Source of the DNA: Antedon mediterranea
Lineage: Eukaryota > Animalia > Echinodermata
Direction: 5' to 3'
NCBI RefSeq assembly: GCF_964355755.1
Contig: NC_092675.1
Coordinates: 1,917,812 to 1,981,811, forward strand
Length of the DNA stretch: 64,000 bases
Shown: positions 35,834 through 46,789 of the stretch, piece after piece
Numbering within the stretch: the first letter of the stretch is position 1
How the letters are laid out: each line of letters starts with the position of its first letter
Position numbers and translations under genes: made by a program
Notes under the pieces: generated by a model
Databases searched by the model: none
Told to the model about the DNA's origin: nothing
The model's input: the letters and a program-made list of their open reading frames with translations, nothing else

Positions 35834-38653
35834 TTGTTTATTATGAGTGTCCTTTAGAAGGTATTAATGGTTGTTGCTGATAGAATGTTGTTTCCGAGTG
35901 TCCTGTAGAAGGTATTATTGGTTGTTGCTGATAGAATGTTGTTTCTGAGTGTCCTGTAAAAGGTGATAATGATAGTTGATGATAGAATGTTGTTTCCGAG
36001 TGTCCTGTAGAAGGTATTAATGGTTGTTGCTGATAGAATGTTGTTTCTGAGTGTCCTGTAGAAGGTGATAATGGTAGTTGATGATAGAATGTTGTTTCTA
36101 AATGTCCTGTAAAGGTGATAATGGTAGTTGATGATAGCATGTTGTTTATGAGTGTCCTGTAGAAGGTGATAATGGTAGTTGATGATAGCATGTTGTTTAT
36201 GAGTGTCCTGTAGAAGGTGATAATGGTAGTTGATGATAGAATGTTGTTTCCGAGTGTCCTGTAAAGGTGATAATGGTAGTTGATGATAGAATGTTGTTTC
36301 TGAGTGTCCTGTAAAGGTGATAATGGTAGTTGATGATAGCATGTTGTTTCCGAGTGTCCTGTAAAGGTGATAATGGTAGTTGATGATAGCATGTTGTTTA
36401 TGAGTGTCCTGTAGAAGGTGATAATGGTAGTTGATGATAGAATGTTGTTTCCGAGTGTCCTGTAAAGGTGATAATGGTAGTTGATGATAGAATGTTGTTT
36501 CTGAGTGTCCTGTAAAAGGTGATAATGGTAGTTGATGATAGAATGTTGTTTATGAGTGTTCTGTAGATAATAATGGTAGTTGATGATAGAATGTTGTTTC
36601 CGAGTGTCCTGTAGAAGGTATTAATGGTTGTTGCTGATAGAATGTTGTTTCTGAGTGTCCTGTAAAAGGTGATAATGGTAGTTGATGATAGCATGTTGTT
36701 TATGAGTGTCCTGTAGAAGGTGATAATGGTAGTTGATGATAGAATATTGGTTCTGAATGTTCTGTAAAAGGTGATAATGGTAGTTGATGATAAAATGTTG
36801 TTTATGAGTGTTCTGTAGAAGGTGATAATGATAGTTGATGATAGCATGTTGTTTATGAGTGTCTTGTAGAAGGTATTAATGGTAGTTGATGATAGAATGT
36901 TGTTTCTGAGTGTCCTGTAAAGGTGATAATGGTAGTTGATGATAGCATGTTGTTTCCGAGTGTCCTGTAAAGGTGATAATGGTAGTTGATGATAGCATGT
37001 TGTTTATGAGTGTCCTGTAGAAGGTGATAATGGTAGTTGATGATAGAATGTTGTTTCCGAGTGTCCTGTAAAGGTGATAATGGTAGTTGATGATAGAATG
37101 TTGTTTCTGAGTGTCCTGTAAAAGGTGATAATGGTAGTTGATGATAGAATGTTGTTTATGAGTGTTCTGTAGATAATAATGGTAGTTGATGATAGAATGT
37201 TGTTTCCGAGTGTCCTGTAGAAGGTATTAATGGTTGTTGCTGATAGAATGTTGTTTCTGAGTGTCCTGTAAAAGGTGATAATGGTAGTTGATGATAGCAT
37301 GTTGTTTATGAGTGTCCTGTAGAAGGTGATAATGGTAGTTGATGATAGAATATTGGTTCTGAATGTTCTGTAAAAGGTGATAATGGTAGTTGATGATAAA
37401 ATGTTGTTTATGAGTGTTCTGTAGAAGGTGATAATGATAGTTGATGATAGCATGTTGTTTATGAGTGTCTTGTAGAAGGTATTAATGGTAGTTGATGATA
37501 GAATGTTGGTTCTGAGTGTTCTGTAGAAGGTTATAATGGTAGTTGATGATAGCATGTTGGTATTGTTTTAGTGAACATGATGAAATTGGTACAGTTTAAG
37601 ATATTAAATATTTGGAAGATGATGGTAAAATTGTTTAATGTGTTATAATTTTCTGATATTTCAAACTCTCATAACTGACACACTGAATATTATTAGTTTC
37701 ATGGATTTCTCGTATAATAATATATTAAGGTAAATTACACTATAATATACTATAATACTGTATCATGCCTTTAAAGTCTCTTTATATCATAGTATAACCA
37801 ATTATGCCCATCGTATTATACTTTCTCAGTCGAATTCTCAAGTTCAAAAGATACGAAAATTGAATTATTTATTCATTGTTTGTCTTTGTCATGATAATGT
37901 TGCCAGCAAACTGCGGTCATCATGGATACCGTTATAATTATATTAACGTATTCATCTTAAGGTTATGTTCATCGAACGTTTGAATGCATTCTATTGTGTA
38001 TCATTTGCATTGGTAGTAAACGCTATTGACTAATAATATAGTAAATTAAAATAGCTTTTGAGCTGGGGGCGTGTCAATAATTACGGTAAACCGAATAATG
38101 CAACTATAAATACAGATAAATATATGCCTATCTTATAGTAATGTTATGCACCCGTTAATTGAGACTAATGTGCTACTATACAGTTTCATAAAAAAAAAAT
38201 AATTATGTTATAAAGTGTTTTGGTGAGGGATAGAAGGCAAATGGGTGGAAAAAACACGCCTATATGTTTCTATTTATATTAAAATTAAATAAATTATATT
38301 AGGCCTACATCTACACTTCTCTAAACGTTCCTGATTTGTAAAGAATATACCAACAGCGCAACAGGTCCTGGGATAAAAATAGTCCCTTTTTTGTTGGTTC
38401 ATTGGGGACGTTATTAAAAGATGAATTCAGTTCATGTGACGTCACGGATGCTTTCTTGACGCGGTTGTATTCGAGTGTTAGGCCTGCAAATGTTATAGTT
38501 TAAAAAACATGTTTCGCATCCTGTACTGAACCCCTTAAACTGCTTTGAGCTTCAAATCTATTTAAGAATAACTATAATCTTAAATTAAAACATAATAACA
38601 ATGACTTACCTAGGAACGAACACGAAAACAAAGAGGAACCCTTTTAGAGTCAT
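24672..38653 (-). CDS. Cys-loop ligand-gated chloride channel subunit, glycine receptor/GluCl-like (~471 aa)
   Basis: 9 phase-consistent exons: 38653-38610 (signal MTLKGFLFVFVFVP), 30360-30212 ('GYDKSIRPNF'), 29761-29691, 29289-29075 ('LRQRWVDTRL','IWLPD'), 28654-28572 (Cys-loop CAMDFHHFPLDQQKC), 28069-27932, 27040-26811 (loop-C Cys, M1, anion-selective 'PAR' M2), 26111-25983 (M3 AIDVWFAVCLIFV), 25028-24672 (M4 'IDMFCRFAFP...NIGYW'). Confidence 0.92.
26337..26550 (+). mobile_element. Possible tRNA-derived SINE remnant
   Basis: tRNA-like head GGAGCTGTAGTTTGGTGGTTATCGTGCTTGCC and a (TAAA)n tail. Confidence 0.3.
29389..29561. mobile_element. MITE family B-related copy with expanded (CGCTACTTGCGTT)-like repeats
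   Basis: ACGCAACGCAA subterminal motif; ends GGAACCAAGCT. Confidence 0.5.
30990..31232. repeat. 51-bp minisatellite, left array (~5 units)
   Basis: Unit GTAGAAGGTGATAATGGTAGTTGATGATAGAATGTTGTTTCTGAGTGTCCT. Confidence 0.9.
31206..31625 (+). repeat. Left copy of ~420-bp direct duplication flanking the retrotransposon
   Basis: Appears identical by eye to 37533-37952 (offset 6327). Identity stops exactly at the element's 5' junction. Confidence 0.9.
31626..35831 (+). mobile_element. 5'-truncated non-LTR retrotransposon, Tx1/L1 group, antisense in intron 1 of the channel gene
   Basis: Begins mid-endonuclease (KNTYRDENGRVLIIE). ~670-bp 3' UTR, AATAAA at 35788 and a 30-nt poly(A) at 35802-35831. 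No ORF1. Confidence 0.92.
31671..35132 (+). CDS. Retrotransposon ORF2: partial APE endonuclease, reverse transcriptase and C-terminal Cys/His motif
   Basis: Motifs NIYAPN, GGDFN, RLDYF, DHSAV, WKFNNS, EGEKSNKYF, KSPGNDG, NWRPISLLNVDYKI, DYEKAFD, GVRQGDPLSP, QYADD and CSYC...H...C. Uninterrupted for 1153 aa, and the frame stays open back to the 31626 junction. Confidence 0.95.
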   Translation: MIKNDCQFTIINIYAPNTEQMQIKYYENLKNIIIEKHNNGWENIILGGDFNCTLNEVDKRGGSTKQKQNVVDKIIEIIDAFDLIDIWRDMHPLECRYTWRQRKPLVQCRLDYFLINNSMKEFTINSDIFPSLRTDHSAVSITIQLQKESNRGPGHWKFNNSHLNDINYINEMNTHLREWIENNEISDEQVKWEWLKFKCREKTINYSKKQCKKNKNKIEELNLKMIQLDIKVAEDPSEINLLELERVKLELEELDAQLINGLIVRSRIKWAEEGEKSNKYFLGLEKRNNRKKQCKKIITDAEIEITNPQDILNLQKDYYEKIYKSNTQINESLTDNSFFNSESIPTLTEESNIICEGDLTIRECYNALKSMPQNKSPGNDGLSNEWYLKFWDIIGPIMVKTLNIGLNSGKMSTSQRQAVITLIEKEGKDRCKLKNWRPISLLNVDYKIASKALSTRLSQFIPSLIHIDQTGFVKGRYIGESVRTIEDIMEFTKIKNIPGIMLFLDYEKAFDSLEWGFLFQVLKKVNLGEKFIQFIKALYTDISSCVINNGQSSSYFPVGRGVRQGDPLSPYLFILSIELLACAIRDDKTIKGIAVNNREIKITQYADDSTCFLKDEVSAKNIINLIEKFSKISGLKLNISKSQAIWLGSNRRCKNKPIHMQWPQQPVKALGVYFSYNERQREKCNFETKIKQLKTILNIWRTRQLTLAGKIILIKTFAISQFIYLASVIHIPPHVVKSVETILFNFLWNGGKGMIKRTTLIGNIEEGGLKMVDIKSMFKALKIKWIQRYNINVNAAWRSLLHRFLNKQGGDTIFYCNVSADCVRSWKNIPLFYKDMLNAYFELIHPDTVNEGSQYTWFNRHMHIHGKPFCYKSLRDVGICLVSDLFYENGNIIPFNTWIKRGLSTSNFMHWRMTISAIPPQWKANMKLGFLRTNYKKRGFIVEVKNEEKELESMSTKNIYRALIKKIFKIPTSQSKLQDELGVDSDKWENIYVLPFKCSQEVRTRIFQYKINVNCLSTNSRLHKMNIVPSNMCSYCESNSETMTHLLVECNIATKLWDEFTTWWENISKTKIYLDKTSILFGYNTENPDMLLNLCILLIKKIIFSYKLTHKKPVFQVFFNRLKFNYNVEKNIASKRSTLYNFRQKWRLIEDYI
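35832..37557. repeat. 51-bp minisatellite, right array (~34 units) with a 606-bp higher-order repeat
   Basis: Same unit as 30990-31232, with 48/49/51-bp variants. Shadow ORFs ending at 36398 and 37004 translate identically. Confidence 0.95.
37533..37952 (+). repeat. Right copy of ~420-bp direct duplication
   Basis: Matches 31206-31625. Confidence 0.9.
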
Positions 38654-40906
38654 GTTGTCTGCAACTCACGCAGACGATAAAATATCAACACAATACTTCG
38701 TATCTTCTATTACAAATTACTACACAAGAGAAAGAAAAACACTCTCGTTAATATACACCATATACGATCATCAATTTATAGAAAATAGCAATATCACAGA
38801 GGCAGTTTTCAAAATACTTGTATCCATCTCGTGAAATAGCTGGTAGCAGAATTGGTTGAGTAAGTGGATGTAATGAGGCGTGCCATAACCCAGTTTCTTT
38901 TTCATGTTTAATAGTTGAAAACAAAACGCGTCAATAATCAAGTAATGTGAAACGTATATTAATTGCTTTCGTGATGATATTAATACTCTGTTTGATATTA
39001 TTATGACGTGTCAACTGCAATGCGCAAATGGTAGCTGAACTCATGTCAAGCGTACAGTGTGGCACAAACTAAACGCGCGCTTTACGTAAACGCAAGGACG
39101 CAATTAAATCTACGCCACAGACATTTTATTATAAAATAATGTCACCTTTTTAAACTATGCAATATGTAAAGTATTATGATGTAACTAAGAGCTCCTGGGC
39201 ATAAGATTAAATGACATGGTTGCATTAGTATTATGTGTTATAGTTGGCTTAACAACTGTAAATATCGTTATATTGATACAAACACGATGCAACGTTTCAT
39301 TATACATTCTCTAGCCATTACCGCTACCTACTGTAGAATAATGGTGTAAACAAATCTTTACCAAACGTACGGTATTTGACCCTAATAAGTGGCCACAGAT
39401 GGTTCTCGAATAAATGCATCTTTGGAGTAAATAACTAGAACATTTTTAAAAGTACCTATGAATGCATACAGATACGATGAAATAGGTAGTCAAATTTTCT
39501 TGCGCGATTTACTGAAAATTTTCATTACGTAAATTATAATATATAGATAAGAGATTATCTTAACATTTGTAAACTTTGTATTTATGTACTTTTCACCACG
39601 ATAGAGAGTATTTATTTATTTATTAGTCATTACTTTTTTATCAGTGACACACACTGTCGTTAGTGGTGCAACCAAAATAAAACAATAAAACAATTGACCA
39701 AAATAATGAAAGGAAACAAAACAAAAACAACATAAAAATATATACATATTTAAGGCTATACTACAAACTATAACGGTAACACACTAAATGTATTTGAATG
39801 ATATGCAGCCTATCTTGGATAACAAGCTAGATACCGAATTAAATAGATTGAAACATTTATTCAACTTTCTCTCTTGAAAATATAGAACTACCAAGCTATC
39901 GACTATTACCTAATACCGATAAAATTAAAATAGTAATGATTTGTATTATATGCTGTTCATTGTTTTGTTGGTAAAATACAAATATTGTATAGTACATTGT
40001 GTAACAATTGTTTGCAATTTAATAAATATTATTTCGATGTTATTAAACATTTATAATCTTAATTGACTATTTCAAAGAGTTTATAGCCGGCCATTTGTTA
40101 TTTCTCTAGGCTTCAATTGTTGTATTTGTTGAAATAACGATCGGTAAAATGAAAGTATTGATTGAAACCGAATGCCGTCTTTTGTTAACTGTAAGTAAAT
40201 CAAAATTGGTATGAAAACTGTGATATTATGACATTTCCACTCGAAATTGCTGACCCCAAATTTTTAGAATATATTGAATTGAGCAGTGCATTATTTATCA
40301 AATTATTGTCATATTATGAATTATGAAACGTACGCGCGCGTTCGAGTCATCGAGAGACCTTCTGTAAACAGTAGTTACCGCATTTTCTAATAGTATATAT
40401 GTAAAAGCATTGTATAATTATTACGGTTAGATCGCAAAAGAATCCTCGACACGAACCAGCATTACCATAGCACCGAATAGCTCTTATTCATTACCGACAA
40501 ATTATTATTTTTATATAGCTAAATAATTTTAAATATCATAATAAAACATATAGCATAACATGGAAACAGCTTTTAACTTCGATATTGAATTACTTAATTT
40601 ATTTTTTATTTTGCCTAAAAACAATAAAAATACAAAAGGCTACAACATGGACAAGAAACAAAACAAAAAAACCAAACACAGTCAGAAAAAGACAGGATTC
40701 CTAAAAAGTAAACATAATCATTATCATTGATTTGCGATAAAACATTTAGAATAGGCCTATATAAATTTGTAAAAACATTAAACATTTGTAAAAATACAAT
40801 ATTAGAACATATTATATTAAAAATAATAATAAAATTGGATTGCAATTATAAAAAAATATTTTATTCCTTTATTCAGGGAGTCCCATACTTTATTCATTCT
40901 TTTATT

Positions 40907-41468
40907 TAAATATGGTAGTGATATGCCTAAATATGGTAGTGATATGCCTAAATATAGTCATAGTCATAGTCATATATACTTTATTGTCCATTTAAAAAAC
41001 AGAAATGTGATTTGAAAACTGGCAAAATACAAAAATATAAAATACAATTTACAAAAACACACACAAAAAGTTAAGAGGCTAAAAATTGTTAAAATTAGAT
41101 AATATTATGGTAGTGATATGCCTAAATATGGTAGTGATATGCCCAAATATGGTAGTGATATGCCTAAATATGGTAGTGATATGCCCAAATATGGTAGTGA
41201 TATATCCAAATATGGTAGTGATATGCCTAAATATGGTAGTGATATGCCCAAATATGGTAGTGATATACCCAAATATGGTAGTGATATGCCTAAATATGGT
41301 AGTGATATGCCTAAATATGGTAGTGATATGCCTAAATATGGTAGTGATATGCCTAAATATGGTAGTGATATGCCTAAATATGGTAGTTATATGACAAAAT
41401 ATGGTAGTGATATGACACCATCATGTCCATTGGCACATCGCATTTAGTTTGATAGTGTAGACAGAACT
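40907..41468. mobile_element. MITE family A copy whose internal 21-bp unit has expanded to ~16 copies, interrupted by a retroposon tail
   Basis: (AAATATGGTAGTGATATGCCT)n at 40907-40954 and 41106-41415, then the right TIR TTTGATAGTGTAGACAGAACT. Confidence 0.8.
40955..41105 (-). mobile_element. Short 3' end of a LINE/SINE inserted in the 21-bp array
   Basis: Minus strand: T-rich sequence, AATAAA, GTATATA, then a (TGACTA)3 tail. Confidence 0.5.
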
Positions 41469-43312
41469 TACGAATATAAAATATGTTTACAGAATACTAC
41501 AAAATAGATTAGATGTATTCTAAATTGGCAAAACAAAATAAACTCATTAGAACAATCTATCGAAAATTTAGCATGTTTATTTTTAGAATTAAGAATGATT
41601 TAAAAGAATAAATTATCAAATAATTTAGGAAGAAAAAGCTGAGTTATGACAGTTTTATGACAGGAATGTTAATAGCAAGTAATGTTGTCTTAACCGCAAC
41701 GTTTTGGTATTTGATAGGCCTAATTGTTCTAATAAATTAACTCATATTAACGTTCATTTGCATAGCTTAGCTCGTATTAATTTTTAATGTTTCATATCAA
41801 CGTAAAAGAATGAGTATGACTCGATAAAATGAAATGAAATCGATCATACAAATTATTGAAATTAAAATCCGCTGAACTTGAGGAGCTTAGCATAATTTAA
41901 TTTTCCACATAATATAACCTTAAAATATTTCCAGCCATTGAAGAATTAAAACTTTGAAATGTCTGCAACTAATTTTTTATGATTTTTCTTAGAAATGTTA
42001 TGACGTAGATGTATACTTACATTTTCAGTTACCTTGCCAAAAAGTGGATGTATTGCTAACTATATATACACTTTCATCGTTCTCGCTCGTTCGAACACTT
42101 AATCGTATCACGACACAAACTGTTTTGCTGTTGACGTGATATATCATTTTCCGCAGGAACTTCATTCGTAGGCTTGCCCCTCCCACTATCGAACCCTATA
42201 CATGATGACCACATGATGACCACATGATGACCACATTAGCTTAAATTTCGTCAACTTTGTATCATTCTAACTGTGTACTAAGACCTACCAGGCTGCGACT
42301 ACTTCATTCAGTCGATTCTTCTGAGTATTGTGTTGATAACTGTTAATTCGATTTAAATGACAGTAATTCCAGGAAAGATGCACTCTTCCCTGGTAATTCG
42401 TAGTTTGTACGAAAACCTTCTGGAAAATGTACACTGGAGAACTCCAATGAAGGACATACACTTTTTCATAGCTTCTATTTTTTCAAGTTCAGCCTCAGAT
42501 TTAAAGTATTTCTAGGCCCTATACTTATTCTGTACATACATGTACTTACATGTATTTATTCTATGCTCATTTTAGTTATATATTATTATCTTGTAAAAAA
42601 AATTATAGTTTCAAAAGGACACTGTAGACTAATTTAGACTGTGGAAAAGGTAATCGAATATCTTTGAAATCTATGACAATTAATGAATAAAAAAACAAAA
42701 CAGCGCACAGGTGTTGATGTGGTTTTAAATACAGGAGGAAGATCTATCCATTCGTTAGATTAGTGACACAGCACAGACTTGCACTCCTTGCACTTAGTAT
42801 CAACTTGATCAAATAATTAGGTTGTTTGCTCTTGTTATAAATAGGTTTCTAGATCACTAATGCGTTTTAAAAAATGTTCACCAATAATTGAGTATTTACC
42901 TTATTAATTGTGTTTTGGTAGATGTATTTAACCGATAAATCCTTTCTGGAATCTAATCAAAGGCCATTTCTAGGCTCTATGTTACTGATGTTGATGTATC
43001 GTATAAATATCTTTAAAACATTCTTATTCAAGTAGTGTGGAATTATGTTAGTATAGTTGCGGGTCGGGCTAGATTCACATGATCAAAACGATTGCATAAC
43101 TTGGATTTAATGCTCATTGTTTTAATTTTGGTCAACACTGAATTTTTAAATAATCAACCATTTGACCTTTTTAATTACATAATCTATTTGCATTATTTGC
43201 CAACACTAATTATGTTGTCACTGGACAAATACAGTTTGTTAGAATTCTTAGTTTGAAACCCATATTAGTACACAGAGTTTAGTAGTCTATTGGCAAAACA
43301 AGACTGATTCAA

Positions 43313-43690
43313 TAACTGACTGATTGAATCATTAAACGAGGGATTGAATGACAGACTGTTTCAATGATCGATTGAATGACAGATTTAATCAATGATTTAT
43401 TCAACTGACTGATTCAATCACTAGCCGATTCAATCACCGACATATTCAATCACTGACTGATTCAATTGCTAACTGATTCAATCACTAACTGATTCAAACT
43501 GATTCAATCATTGACTGATTTAATCACTAACTGATTCAATCACTAACTGATTCAATCACTGACTGATTCAATCACTAACTGGTTCAATCACTAACTGATT
43601 CAATCACTCCATGACTGACGAGCTCAATGACTAACCGGCTGAATGAGTCAGTGACTGACTGACAATGAAACAACTGACTGATTTAACTGC
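43313..43690. repeat. Degenerate 16-bp repeat (ACTGATTCAATCACTA) in both orientations
   Basis: Direct reading. Confidence 0.75.
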
Positions 43691-45608
43691 CTAAAACATA
43701 AACGAATATTATATTTGTGAACTACCAATATTAAAGCTGTAAAGAAGAGCACACACCTAGCAGTATCAATGTGTTTGCCAGGTTTAATTATGAAAACGGA
43801 TCGATTTTTAAAGTTGTATGGCGTACATTGTCATCATTGTAATACATAACGTATTTGAAAATAATGCAATGTGCTATTCACTCGAATGTAATAGCGTTTT
43901 ATGAAGTTCCTGTTCTAATCAAAGCAACATTATAACAGCATACTTTAGGTATTCTATACTTAATACATCTTGAATCCACAGAATAAACGACATTAACAAA
44001 TACTAGTCGTTACGCCAATTCCCTACAGATGGTTCTATACATTAAATTTCACTATTAGTAAATGATATTGTAAACAATGTGTTTGAATTTCATGAGGCAC
44101 ACATCAATATACCGTATTTATTCGAATAAAAACCCATGGAAAAATTCCCTCAAAGAACATCTTTTGAAATAAATATCTCCCCTTCCCTTTCAATAAACGC
44201 CCAGAGCGTTTATTTTTTCCCTAGAATAAACGCACCACCACATTTTTTTTTATAGATCAACAGCAATCAAGGTTATTTCAAATAATAATTCGGATTTATT
44301 TGTATTTTGTAGTGTTATGTTTCAATCTATACCTCAATCTTAGCCATTTTAACAAGCATTTTATTTATTATTAAGTAATAATTCTGAATCATTTATTTTA
44401 AAATATCGCAATGCTTTTAACAACATTTACCAGAGTTCTGACCGCAAGTAAACAGGTTCCTAAATAATTAAACAGATTGTCTATTCCGTGAGATTTGAGC
44501 ATGCGCATACATTTTACTTAAACCAAGGGAGTTTAGTAAGCTCTTACTATAATTTATTAATTAAAGTAATATTTCTAATCTCGCGAAGGACAATACTTTG
44601 GTACATAAAATGTAATTGAAAACATTACCCTGAAGAGTTTAACAACATCTTACATTGAAATTCTATAACTTAACAAATTGCAGAAACTTTTAAGTAAGGT
44701 TTACAAAATCGAAAATTCTAAGATATTTTTTACCAATCTTCTCTATTTATATTTTTTATATACCTTTTGTTTTGTTTTTAAGCTTAAAACACTGAGTGAC
44801 AGAGTTGTTAAGAGATGTAGCTAAATATGGTAAGTGATGGTATGACTTCTAGTTGTGTGTGGGGGGGGGGGGGGGGGGGGGCAGTCGATGTCTTTACATA
44901 CATGAACTGATTCTGTACCTGTCTATTATTATTATTATTATTATTTTTTTTAAATATATTATTATTACGAATTTACAGTGTTTTGGCAAGTTTAGGAAAG
45001 AGAAAAATAGAGAGAGAGATGTAAAAATTTTATTACAAATTTGAAGTAATATTTACAAAAACAACAAATAATAATTTGTTGGTTTTGTTTTGTTTTATTC
45101 TATTTTTTGTTGTTATAATCTCGGTTTTATTGTATCGTCCTTTGACAGGCTGGTCAAACACATCACAAGATGACAGTTTTACTTTTTTACTTTTGCTTTC
45201 CGCTACTCCCCTGAGGCCTATATGTTTGTTTTTGTTATGTAGAAAGATTGAAAAAATAAATGAACAAATAAATACCAATCTCTGTTGATAGGCACTCTAT
45301 TTAACATTTTCTATAGTTGTTTCTCTTGTGGTTTTTTGTCAACATGGATTCTTCATTTGCGCCGTGTACAAGATAAATATAAAGGGATTTACATTCTGAG
45401 GGGTCCCTCAAAATATTTATTGTCAACAAAAGAAGTCACAGCACAATGCATTATACAATGATTTAAATATTTAAAGGTTCATTGTATATTGTTTAATTAA
45501 TGAAATCCGTAAAATAACAATTTTATTCTTTCTGTTCATGCGCACTCAAGTGAAGTACATTCAGTATATCAGATTCATAAACGACCTCTTGTATTATCAC
45601 ATGCTTTA

Positions 45609-45810
45609 TAATAATAATAATGATACACTTTTATAAAGCGCTATTTACTGATGTCTCGCTAAAAGACCAACAAGAATTATTGAAAAAGGTGAGATTTTAG
45701 AAGTGACTTCAATTGCTTAAGAGATTTATATTGACGGGTATGGAGTGGAAGCTGGTTCCAAACTAGTGGCGCTTGTGCAAAAAACCTCTTGGGGTAAGAT
45801 GTGTTTTTTG
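45609..45810 (-). mobile_element. L2/CR1-type LINE 3' fragment
   Basis: ORF end 'KRFFAQAPLVWNQLPLHTRQYKSLKQLKSLLKSHLF' is the typical L2/CR1 ORF2 C-terminus. It is followed by an AGCGCTTTATAAA...(TTA)n tail. Confidence 0.7.
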
Positions 45811-46789
45811 CAGTAGATAAACAGAGAGTTAATTTCAGAGCGTTACAAAACAACTTAGAGGTTGTTAATACAGTAGGCCTACACAATTTTAAATTAAACG
45901 AATATTACGAATGCATTATTAATTGAGCTGAATATTAATTAACCTGACATTTATTGTTTTTTCGATGTTACATTTAATACCAATATTACAAACATATTGA
46001 ACCATTCAATGGTATACGAAATTGTTGTACTTACCGACAATTTGAAACCAACACTTTCTACATCAGATGACAACGCAAGACGAGAGTATCAGAGATGCAC
46101 ATTGGTCAAAGTCAACGAAGTAACTACGAACGCCGCCGCTGGTTGCTGCTGTCACGTCAGCGAACATTCTATGCCACGATAGTAATGAGATCTGGTTTCA
46201 ACATGCATTGTGATCGATACAATCTAATGAAGACATCTAGTAGAAGAGCCTTGTTTCTAACGAGTTTTAGTTCAACCAGTGTCACGCAAATATTCTAATA
46301 AAGACCTGGATTATTCATTCATGATTTGCTTCAATTAGAGAGGAATTAAGATGTTTTATTTCCAGTATTAAAATGCCATGGCCAGTTTACAAAATGCAGT
46401 TTAAAAATGTAAACAAACGATTGACTTAGTTTTTGAGGATAAGTCTAATACGTTATTAGTATGGAAATTAAAAGTGAAAAAAATATTCAAATATTTTACT
46501 CTCTCGATATATCGTGAGTAAATACCGCCCTGCTTATTTATATAATATACAACATATATAAATGAATTATTTGTTTTTTATATTGCTTATTTATTTATTT
46601 AGTTATTGCTTTTGTTTGTATTATCAATATTTATTTTTTTCCTAGGGTGCTTATTAGCTTAAAATCTTAAAATATGAATCCTCCATGTACATGGTTGTAG
46701 TAGTATATGGAATTAAATTGAATTGAATTGACGAATTTGGTCCTCTTACACAACACTACCTGCAGATATCGAAATATTAGCGCATTGTT

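Noticed and set aside
35841-37555. Repetitive Thr/Ile-rich ORFs (149-183 aa)
   Set aside because: Translations of the 51-bp minisatellite with frequent frameshifting 49-bp units, inside an intron.
31206-37952. The ~420-bp direct repeats read as LTRs
   Set aside because: The element has APE-RT, AATAAA and poly(A), with no gag or integrase and no TG...CA ends. The right copy is separated from the element by 1.7 kb of minisatellite.
41086-41447. ORFs (MPKYGSD)n and (MVVICLN)n
   Set aside because: Translations of the MITE-derived 21-bp repeat.
44860-44881. Poly-G run as a functional G-quadruplex
   Set aside because: A simple homopolymer with no supporting context; its length is unreliable in assemblies.
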